A stretch of 53,302 bases of DNA from Phoronis australis (Eukaryota; Animalia; Phoronida): assembly GCA_002633005.1 (NCBI GenBank), contig NMRA01000460.1, positions 1 to 53,302 on the forward strand, given 5' to 3'. A model generated the notes under the pieces. That model was not told where the DNA came from. It saw only the letters and a program-made list of their open reading frames with translations, and did no database searches. Of the stretch, positions 22,555 through 34,500 are shown piece by piece. Positions within the stretch are counted from its first letter, which is position 1. The number at the start of each line of letters is the position of its first letter. The translations under genes and the position numbers were made by a program.

Positions 22555-25500
22555 CTGAAATAACATGGTAACATACATTATTAATTACACCTTATAATCA
22601 TTATAGATATAATTGCTTTATTAGCACAAGTAATAGTGTTATTGTTACTAGTAGCATAACTTTCGTTACTACCACTGTTTTGTTTTTATTCAAATATTAT
22701 TCATTAAGTTATGTTGACCACATCTAAGGCAGCACATACCGTATTCGCCGTAATAACCGCCCATGCCCCTATAAGCGCCCCCCCACGCGTTTTCAGACTT
22801 TGCTGAAATAAGCGCCCAGTCCATGAACGTGTACATGCGAACAATGACGTACCTACAGTCCTAAAACTCGGCTGCAGTAACGTCTTCAATTTATCAAAAA
22901 AAAAATTGCACGGGTCTTCTAGACCACCAGCGGCACTGCTACGTTTGTATTTAGCCGTGACAAAGTAACGCAGCGCTTCAAAAAGAACGCAACAGCGTTG
23001 CTACGCTCTCGCGACGACCGTGTCCCATGGTCTGACCTTTCAGTAGACACATAGACTGTCTCATGAATAAAAATAACTCGGTGTTAAACGCACGTGGCCA
23101 GGAAGCGCGCGCTACATAACCTGTCATCAAAGACATTAGTTGGGAACTATCCATTCATGAAGCGGGTACCATAGCATCGATAAGAAATGAATATTGGAAC
23201 TAATTTCCGACAATTTCTAATACTATCAACATGTTTGCGTTATTTTTGAGATGGATAGTTTGATTAACCGTAATTGGTGTTATTAAGCCGAATATCCGAT
23301 AAAATGACAACTGACAGTGAATGCTTACACACCCTTACACCGAAAAATAACTGTCAGATAGTTACGTACGCATCCAGCTACACGGCGACTAATATGGGCC
23401 TTACCGAGACAAATGTCGAAAGTTTTTAGCACGAGACCGGCAAGTGCTGAATGAAACACGCTCTGGTTTAGGCCTACTGCTTGTGCAAATTTCTTTAGAC
23501 ACATCTAGCTAGTTAGATTGCGTGGCTCTGGCCAAAAGACGGTCTCTGCTTTGGCAAATGAACTCTGGTGACACGCACGCGCTCGCTTACTCGCAGACGA
23601 ACTTCAAAACAAACGTCACGTGACAACAACATGTGTGTTCGTCCAGACATTTTTCTCGCCGTGTTGCCGATCATACATGTAGATGGCACGATGTTGCACA
23701 GATTTATACTTAAACCTGCCGTTAATCCAGACTCCACGGGAACTTAAAAACCTTAGGGACGCTACTTATAAAATTTAATGAGGATTTCAGGTACTTTATC
23801 GAAACCATTTTTATTCAAGCATTGAAGTCGCCATATCGACGGCGATTTCGAAGCAGTCAGTTGGCGAGTTTTCGCCCTGGGATTTCAGCACAATTTTCTG
23901 TAAAATGATCGTAATTTAGCAGCAAAGTTTGATAGCAATGCACCACAGTTTTGTTGAAAGTCTTTCATAGATTACATGTGTCACAGAGCGTAAATTTGAT
24001 GAATCTTAGCTTACGATTTCACCTGTTTCGGAGACCGGGTTTGAACCGCCTTGGTTTATAATAAGCGCCCCCCCTGAACCGAACTTTTCTAAGCGCCCTG
24101 GGCGGTTATTACGGCGAATACGGTAAATCAATGACTTCACAGTACGATAAAATAATAATGAAGCCGATAATTAAACCAAAATAAAGCTTATGAGATCCAC
24201 TTCGACCAGTTTAATGATAGAAAACGAAAAGTGTTGACTTGCCTTATTTTACGACTCAAAATTTTTGTAACATGTTGCAACATTAAATTAAAACATTTGA
24301 AACTCGCCACTACGTGAAACAAGATGTTCCACCCAAATAGTCATATTACCGAAACAGTTCACAATAAAAGTCCCACGCAGCCCTGACAGGGTGAAACTGA
24401 AGTTGTAAAACTGCAACTGGAATAATTCTAGTTAGCCATAATGAACTTTGCAATTGAAGCAATCAATGAGCTCCATTCGGTCCATAAATTTCTCATGTGT
24501 AATTATGAATGCTAAACTATAAGATTAAAAAAAAAACAGTTTCACGACCAAACATGTACCAAAAATGATTCAAAAGGTAGCACTACATGTTGCTTTAACA
24601 CAGTATCTTCTCTTCATCAGGTACCAAAAATGATTCCAAAGGTGGTGCTGCATGGGGCTTTATGTTCCCTTCATCAGTATAACCACCTTTGCTAAATGTC
24701 TCTCAGTAGAAGAGATGGGGATCATATGTTCAGATACTCTACACAATATCAATCACAACTTACAGGGCATGTGTGTAATAACTAACTTGGCCGCGTACTT
24801 TACTTTTGAAGTGATTTTTACCATGCATTATGTTAATAGTTTTGTTTTTTCAATGAAAATACTCCTTGAGTTTGGGGTGAAACTTGTCCCCCACGACATG
24901 AACATACAGCATGAACACCACACGACATGAACATACAGCATGAACACCACACGACATGAACACACAGCATGTACACCACACGACATGAACATACAGCATG
25001 AACACAACACGACATGAACATACAGTATGAACACCACACGACATGAACATACCTCGCGGGAGCAGTTCTAATTTTTCCTTCTTTTCTCTCTGTTGTTCTT
25101 TTTCTTCCTCATCTTCAAGTAATGCATACCGGTGTCGCCTCTTACGGCGAGATTTGAACCTGAAAGTAAAAAAAAAAAACGGCAATGGCTACCAGCGAAA
25201 CAAGAAGGTAATGAAGAGCGCAGCTGACGTGATGTCATTTGCAATGTATCCGACGTATCCATAGTCAGGCCCATAACACCTGGAGTGAGCAAAACTCACG
25301 AGAGCCCTCTTATTGATCAACAGGTTCTTTGAGCAAGACGTTTTCAAGCATGCCTGTCTCTCTCTTAAGAAAACGGACAGAATTTTCTGTTTGTTTCCAC
25401 GCATTATAAGTTTTAGGCACATAATGGTGCCATGCAAGACCTTTCTGGACAAGACTCTACCAGATATTTAAGGGTTTCATCATCAGCACTACACTCAGGA

Positions 25501-28500
25501 CTCATAAGGATACCCACGTTCCGTGGTATGCATGTATCAGGCTAGCTTACGACGACTTGTAAGAATTTGGATGATGCGTCTAATGGCCAATCTATCAAAA
25601 CTCAGAGGGATTTTTGAACCTTTTGCTTTGATCCCATCGGGAAAATTTTCCTTGGTTTCTCTGCAGGAGTCAAGAGATGCCCACTGAGCTCCTGACCAGG
25701 TATGTACAAAGTGGCGTGCGCTCATCCTGCATCATTAAGATCTAAAGGTAACACCTTCAGTTACATAATGCAAACACTTGCTCCTGTCTGTCGTCCCTCC
25801 CATTGCCATTAATTCCTAACTGAGGCTTGACGCAGTGTATATTGACCATTCTATACCGTAAAGCTTGTTAAGCTCATTAATGCAATCATTAAGACAAGGA
25901 GAGTTGACCCTTGGTTTCTTAAGGCTGCTAAGCTATTGGAAAAAATAGAAATTGGATGGTTTCCTAGTTCAGTGCTAATTAACATGTCAGTTGAGCAGCT
26001 CTACGCCAGCTCAGAACACTAGGGGAAAATTACCTAGTGATACCCAGCTTTAATCATTTGCACCTGGAAGATAGACAACAGCACTACCGCCATTTTCCAG
26101 CTTAGAATTGTCAAAAAACGAACCGTAAGTGCCCAGCCCTTATTTTTGGTAATTTTCAATTTAGTGCCCACTGTTCGCATAAGATCCCACCCGTAATCTG
26201 CTCACCGAGATGAATTCCAAAATAGAAAGAAGCACTTTCAAATGTGCCAACCGGATGTGTGTTCCACAGTCATGAAAACCTGGCAAAGGAAGCTAGAAAA
26301 ATGTCAAAATCTGGCAAACTTTGGAACATCATATCTCATAAATAGCAGATCGTATTTATACATATATGAAACATTCACATGATACACTTTGTGCATGAGG
26401 GGCTGCCAAAGTAGGACATTTACCTACAGTTCCATAAAACAAAATGGCATTTTAGAAAGCTGCAGCAGCATTTTTGAGGTATTTTTGATCATGATATTGA
26501 TACTGTAAGTTGTTTTGCTGTTAATTTTGCTTACGTTCACTAAAATGTGGTTAATGGCAGACATGTAAAAAATCAAAATCAAATTCTGCAGGCTTTCTAC
26601 TTTCAAAAAATATATACTTTCACGGAGTTAAACTCAGTCTACAGTTTTGTAGACATTTGGTTGAAGGTGCATATTTGTCGATAAGGTCCTACATAATCTT
26701 AAATCACTTTTCATGAAACCATATATTATAGACAACAGATTCGCAACTGTTCAAAGTCTTCCAATAGTAGAACTGTTGATATCATGAGTACTTTTGGCAC
26801 CCGACCACACAACAGCCGACCACGATTAGCAGACAAAGTACCTGCTGGAAGTAAAACGTGCTATGTCTGCCAGGTGTCGCTAGTGAATAGTGACGTCACA
26901 GCTTATGTGCAAGATCACAGATCTTGTCCATTGAAAATGTACAGAGTTGGCGGTCCATGTACTATAGTCTATGATGAAACGTAATGTGTAGAGTAACACT
27001 CCACTCTAGTATAGACTAACTTACCTGCGAACTGCACAAACGATGGCCCATATCAGGATAGCAGTGGCCACCACTATTATGAACAAGACAATGATCACAT
27101 ACAGAATGCTCCAGTCTGAAAATGAAAAAAGATAGTTTCCCATGTGTTAAGGATATCTTTGTGTATATTCCATTGATGAGTTTCCTAACTGACCAGTGTA
27201 ACTTGGTCAAAATCGCCATCTTATCGCTTAACCTCGCGTGAGGTGTATATATAACCCTGTATATGTCGAAAACAAGCACAGTTTCTTACTAACTTCAGGA
27301 GTGTTACAACTGCACAGTAACAGATAAGCAAGTAAAGTAAGATAAACATTTATTTTGCTTACAAGCCTTCACACAATATCACTAGTTGGCCTCAACAATT
27401 ACATATAACTCCTACATTTTAAATCACCACCATTCAACAGTTAAAAGGTCACTATTTTGCATGCATGTTCACTGAACCAAAAGACACTTCTTACAGTTCC
27501 TGCTACAGGAAATACAGACATGCACTTTTTGCTATACCCCTGGGGCTTTAGCCAGAGGGCAATTTAATAATGGGCACTTACCAATTTCCACGCTGTTTGA
27601 GATTGTGCACATATGTGGACTTTTTATCAATTATTTTGGACGTCTTATTTCTTCAGCATTCAGTGCAGTGAAACAGTTGTTAGGAGTTTTTCGATTCGTC
27701 TTTTAGTTTGGTTTATATGAGAGATTGACTCGCAAAACCTAAGGTAATTTTTGTTAAAGACAGCACTCATATTCATCTCTGATAAACAAACATCTAGTTT
27801 GGAAAGTTTGAACAAAATCCACCAAGCCGTTTTCGAGAACTCAAATTCAATCGATTTGCTGAATCTGAGTTGTGAGACATGAAAATCTCAAGGTCTTTGG
27901 TTAATTATTCAGTGAAAACTTGTTTTCTGTGAATATAACTTATACATGCCTTAACCAAGTTTGTTATTTCAACATTCAAGGAACTGCTGTACGCCTGGCG
28001 CTGAGAGATTCGATTTGAGTGACAACCCTGCAACCTTTGATCTTGGATAAGAAGTGAACAGATTTCCATGCTGTTGAAGGTGGTTGTACTTAATAACATT
28101 TTCTCACTACACGGTATGTAATTCATATTTAAAGTTCTCTGAGAATGAAGATAAGGTATTCGCTAGACATATGTGAAATATTGTAAAAATGGAATTTTTT
28201 AGGAACAAGGGTTGAGATATCGTTGAGTGTTTTCTTGTGTCATATTACGCATTATAGGAAGATCTAAATCTTACTTTCGATGAAATAGTTAAGATTAAGA
28301 ATTAAGCATGGGCGTCGCAGCACTGAAAAAAGTGGGGGCTAAAGTTCCCTCAGCCCCCCCCCCCTGTGGCGCATTGCCTGTAGGCCATGTGAGGCGTAGC
28401 ACTGAAAAAAGTGGAGGCTATTGCCCCCAGCCCCCTATGGTGCACCGCCCATGTTAAGAACAGCTGTAGTAAAACTAAACTGAACTACCAAATGCTCATA

Positions 28501-31500
28501 TTACATTAAAGATGTAGTTTTGCATGCTCCTAGCTATGGTAATGTATAGCAGGAACTAAACGACAATGCTAATTGATCATCATCCACGCTAAACAAAGTG
28601 CAGTTGGATTCAATGACAACTTGTACATGTGGAAACAAAAAATTGTCCAAATAGGTGACCTTTGCACTAATGACGTACCTGGGGGGCTGACATAACTCGC
28701 ATCATGCAGTGTTATTCCCAACACCATGTCACGATACTTGCTGGACACCGTTGAGTGATTTACAGTGGATCATTTTCGACACAAAACTCGTTCTTAAAAA
28801 CATTTGCCAATTTTCAACCTACTTCATATTCACATCGTCGTTATATGTCGTGTTTATAACTAATTTGACCAAGCAATCACAGAGATAAAAAATTAGCATG
28901 CAAGTTCCACTTTAACTGGAGCAGGACAGAATTTGAGCTGATGTCAGCATGTTTGGATCAGCAAACATATGGGTATCATAGACATGTAATCACCTGTGCA
29001 AAGCTTAGTGTTCATTAACAAGGTGACTAAAAATAATCAGACACCATACTGTTTCTCATCGACCAATCAAGACTTGTCATTGAATTCCAACTATTTTAGC
29101 TGTGAGCTTCTACTTGAGCTCATCCATCATGACACGGAATTCTGCTTATGCTCAACGTCAAGACAAGGAATTCCGGGTCATTTTCTAAACTAATTTTTGA
29201 TGTGCAATGTACGAGGGCACATGCACTAAAACAGCCACATCTGGTACGACTTCTTCATCAGTTTAAACCCCACTCAACTCACCACAGTTACTTTCCTGAT
29301 TCATGAACTGAGCTTTAAACACATTCTCCATCCAGAAGGCCTCACAAACACACACTTTACTGTATCTGTCACAATGACCATGGCCAGAACAGTTGTGCAG
29401 GCAAACTGCAAAAGAAGAATGGAAATTAAAGGCGATTATTAGGAAACTATATCTTAGATTTCAAGGGTTACCGAAATCTGAAGTTTGGCACAAACTTCAT
29501 TGTACCTCTGTCAATCATGTCTTGGAAAATCACAACTTTTAGTTTCATGATAACAGTTTTAGCCATCTTGAAGGAATTTGAAACCATCAAGGTTCAGATG
29601 GAAATTACGCTAAAAATTCTTGGAACTTGGGACAAAAATAAAATTGGTGGCACTCAAAAATTGGTGGCACTGAACAGTTAAGTTAGGCTGCAACCACGGC
29701 CAATTTGTACTCCCAAAATATTAAAATCTAGGGGTAGGCCAGGCTTGGGGGCATTGTTTAGATATGTATTGCATGTAGGCCAAGTGAATGTGGTTTGTTT
29801 GTATTTGTGCACATGCTGAGAATAAAAAAGGCCACTTTCTCGGATGTAGCTGCACTCTTCTTTAAGATGGTGGCCCTCTGTTTGCAATTGTGCATTGCTG
29901 TGTAGCAACTGAGAATTTGGCCGCGATTTCAGGTAGCCTCAAACAAGCCAGATTTGCATAAAAACTAGTTCGTTGACAGAACTTTTGGACCACATTTTTG
30001 GAATTGGTAGGAAATTTGTTTTCGTAATCTAATGTTGGCTTTAGTCGAGCATTGGCAGGGAAGTGGTGGTTTTGGGGTGAAAAGTGCTGATTTTGCATTT
30101 TTTGCCCTTATTTTTCTTAGTCTAGCTTGGTTTTCACTGGGAGTGAAAGTGTCAAAAATACAAGAGAGAATAAAGTTTCTGTGCTCAACTGTAGGGCTTA
30201 TGATGTGAAATGACTCAAAACTTTTCTTTATCTGCATGCAGTTTTTGACAGAGTGAAGAAAGGGTAAAGAGTTCATTGACGTGTGTTGTGATAGGCAAAC
30301 CCCTGTAAGAACGGTTCTGTGCCTCCATTGCCATATTTCCAATTTCAGAGGCTTACCATATTGCCGCAAATGCTCAAAACAAAAATTGTTTGATAACAGC
30401 CAGGCCATGCTAAAAGTAAGGTAAATTTCCCTGAAAAGTTATTTTTGTTGAGAAATTTGACAAAAAGAAATTTCACCTGTCGGCCATCTTGTGTCCAAAC
30501 AGATTTTTTTACCCTAATAAACAAAAAGCTACAGTAAATGAAGACCAGCTTCACTAAAATTCTGCAACTTTACCACATTTTTTACAGAGTCTAAACCCAG
30601 TCTCAGGAGCATTCATAAGTTTTGATGCAAACAGCTGTTTAGACTCCATGTATAAAAACATCCCCAAGAGAAGACATTTTAGTGAAAGAGTGCCTGTGAC
30701 CTCAGAAAGGCAGTGATGCAGTAACATTAGTGTTATCAAAATATGTTCTGATTGAATAACTTAATGGCTCTGAACAAGGAAAGTCAAACTAGTTCGTGCA
30801 AATATTGGTTCAGGGACGAAGATGTGCACAATATCCAAATGTTTAGTTGGGCAATGGATGTTCAAGAAAAAAGGCATGTGTTCTGCAAGAAATACAGGCT
30901 TATGCAATGACTTTCCCATTCAATTACTTCAGTGGGGGCTATTTTACTAGTTCATGCCAGATCACTTTCGAGACCTAGCATTTCAACAGTCAATGAGAAC
31001 TTACAAATTAAAACTGTCCTCCTCATGGAATGTACCCCAGCTTGTCTATTAAATTTTCCCAATAAAACACGTCTCTCATTATTCAGTCATTAGAGGATGG
31101 AGAAACTTTCAGAAAGAGACAACTTTAAAGCATCACATTTCACGCGTTGAGTGCCTGCATGGATATGTTGTTCTCGGCATTTGGGAAATAAAAGTTTTGC
31201 TTTAGTGGTTATAAACTCTGGTACAAGTAACTCATCTACGAAACAAAATCACAACTGAAAATTATTTTCCACTAAAATTAACACAGGGAAAATTGCTTAC
31301 ACCAGATTGGGAAAACAGAATTTGTACAAAGTTCAGTTTTTAAATTATGAGGGCATTTTTTAACTGAAAAAATCCATAGATTCAGTCAACGTCAACTTAG
31401 ATTTCTTAAATTGGCAAATAACGTAGAAAATAAATCTGAAACTAAATAAGGCGATCCAGATCCTCCCAAGGATACTACTGTTTCACGAAATGTAGAATAT

Positions 31501-34500
31501 AAATAGGTAAATAAAACAACAAGAATGGATCAACTGAAATTTTCGGATGTAATAACGTCCTTTGTAAACAAAAACAGAAATTTCTGTTTCTGTTGACAAA
31601 GGACGTTATTACATCCGAAAATTTCAGTTGATCCATTCTTGTTGTTTTATTTACCTATTTAAATTGGCAAAAATTTTAATTCATTTCAAAATCACAGACA
31701 TGACTCCAAATTCTTAAAAATAATAAAAACTATACCAGTAACCAAGCATAAGCCAATGAAGACTATGTCAATCAGACAAACAAAACTCACTTTTGCAGAA
31801 ATATAATAATTTAAACTGAGAGTGACCCAGATCTCATCAGCGTTGGTAATGACTTGCTAATCATCTACAGCACTTCACATTCATTAGTGAAGGCGTGAAA
31901 TTTGCAAATGAGAATGGATAAAGATCGGTAACAGCTCGATGCCCACGTTTCATAAAAGCTGGAATCTCGAATTTTAAATTAATCAATTGAATATGAAACA
32001 GTCAATGGCAAAAATGAATTCGGGTAACTGAATTCTAATTGAGAAAATTAAGTTATCACCGAAATTATCACAGCAGTTGTGATGTATAATGACTGAAGGT
32101 CTCTTAATTTAATTGCCGTCATGACATTTTGGGCTAATGAAAGAAATTGGTTGATATTCAAGTCGAAATTAGGTTAAAGATGTTATTAGTGGGCTAAATA
32201 CCATCAGTCTACATCTGGAATTGTCTATTGAACAGAAGACCACAAAGGGTTCACAAGCTTTATTCATCAATACAACTTTAACAAGAGCAAGGTGGTGCAC
32301 TGATATGGACCCACCGTGTGCATCGCATACAGAGCAGATACAAGGAAAGATTGCCATATTACAAATTACAACTAAAGGGAGCAATGCTAGTAAACTGAAG
32401 CAAACTCTGGTTGGTACTAAACAAGTCAACAATGCTCTCCTGAATGGGAACACACCTGCCATTATTATTCTTCAAGCACTTTGGAGAGGGAGGCAAACAG
32501 ACATGAAAATAATAATAGCATGGTGACCAGAGAGTGGAACAAAGGTCAAATACGTCTGAAACAGGGCTTGTGCTGTCGTGTATGTGATAGTAACTTATTT
32601 CATGTACATCCATAAAGGAACTTTGCCGATTAATGAGGGCAAACACAATGAAAATCAAAATTGCCAATAGAGAACTCCACAGAAGTCAGATTTGCCCAAA
32701 AACCAAGCAACTAACAAAGTTTCATGAAGATCCATCAACAAATGAAGGATATTGCGCCACAAGCAAAGAACGAAATCGCCAAAAGGTGGTGCCACAGCAG
32801 TCAGACCAATCCAAAATGATTCTCAGCTATGTTCTCAGGGCTCAACATTAACTTTTTAAGCCACTTAAGTAGTTGAAATTTTTACTTGCCCGAACAACGA
32901 ATTCACTTGCCCCATTAGTACAATCCCAAATAGCACTGTGCATGTGCACACCTAGGAAATGTGTTACCGTAGGGCTGCCTGTGCTGAGCCTCCTCTTGTG
33001 TTGTGCACGCTATATACATGAGTTGCTATTTTTTTAACGATTCTTCTTACAGAACATTTATTTATAAGGTGTGTCAAAACACTAGAGAGACAAATTAGAA
33101 GAGTAACTATGGTATCTGAACCATTGTCACACGTTCACAGGCGCCGAAATGACCTAGGGCATGAACTCTAGACACTTCTGTGTATTCATTAGTTCATACG
33201 CCCTCATGCATTAAACTAGCCAGCCAGCAAGCTGTATGAAGACTGTCGTCAAAATACAGCTAGGTCCCACTGCACGTATTTCTTCCGTAGACAGCGAAAT
33301 TGCACACAGCCAAGGTAGTTCTGCTCGTCACCGCGCCATGAAACTTGTATCAACATGTAAAGCTAAAGACCGGACGGTGTGCATGTAAAATCTGGGAGTC
33401 AACCGACACTCATCTTGCCCGTTACAGTCGTTTAAGATAAAAGCAATGCAATAAACTTCATTTTCTTGCGTAACTCTGCCTTTTCTAACAATGAAAAGTA
33501 TTTCGTCGTTTTGAAAACAGTACGCTCGTGTCACGCGCACGCGCCATTTCCTAAATTTTTGCGACATCTCTCAGGAGACAATGATAGCTTGGAATCAACA
33601 AAATTTCTTCTGAAATTTGATTTTTCGATACCAAAATTCTAAAAACTTTTAATGAGGTGAAACCAGTTCTGATAATTTGTTGTGACATGTACGCAACCTC
33701 GTGAAAGAACAACAGTTGATTGAAGAATCGGCGAAACTAAGAAACTGGCAACGCAAAATTTCATAGCGCCGAAAGCGGTTGCTAAAGATCGCTCCACAAC
33801 TTTAGCAGCAGAATAACGGTAGTACGCCATTTTTGCCAACACCGTTAAATAATTTAAATTACTCAAGGAAGACTGTAGTTTTTAATGACGCTAATTTTGT
33901 GTCAGATTTTATCTTACCACTTTTTTACCCGCATCGGTGCAAAGCTGTATATTCATATACAGCTTTGTACCAAGGCTAGCATTAAACTTGAGTTGTTGCT
34001 AACCAGCCTCCCGTTCAGTAGCGCTATGACCTCGCTAAAAAGCAAGACTTCGCGAGGTTACGTGAGAAATTGCCATGTATTTTAAATGAGAACACGTGAC
34101 TTTGACTAGGTTTTAGCTAGGTCCTAGCGTAGGTCCTAGCGTCTACTGAACACACGCCTGAATTTCAGTTTTTGCTATCCGTAAAAATCTTGCACAGTTT
34201 TGGTCATCGGTACCTTGTATTAAATTAAAATCAAATTTTAACATATAATAATGCCACATATACTTTTATTTTCAATAAATAATTACATTTTTGAAAAATA
34301 GATAGACCGCGAAAAAGTCACCCTTCAGACTTCAGAGCGGCAATCCCTAAGACCGTATTCCTCTTCTTTCGGGAGTCGGCACCGGAAGCCGGGAATTCAT
34401 AAGAATGTCCTTTGGAATTCCCCCTGAATAAATACCAGGCCTTTTAAACTGCTGTGTAGTGTAGAAAATATGTCGTCAATCATTCAATTTTTAGCTTTTG

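Noticed and set aside
25193-25279. 87-nt symmetric cassette exon before the tail exon
   Set aside because: Would leave a 33-nt intron with a weak gtagcc donor, too short to be plausible.
29965-30408. 147-aa ORF
   Set aside because: No recognisable domain; lies in repeat-like intronic sequence.
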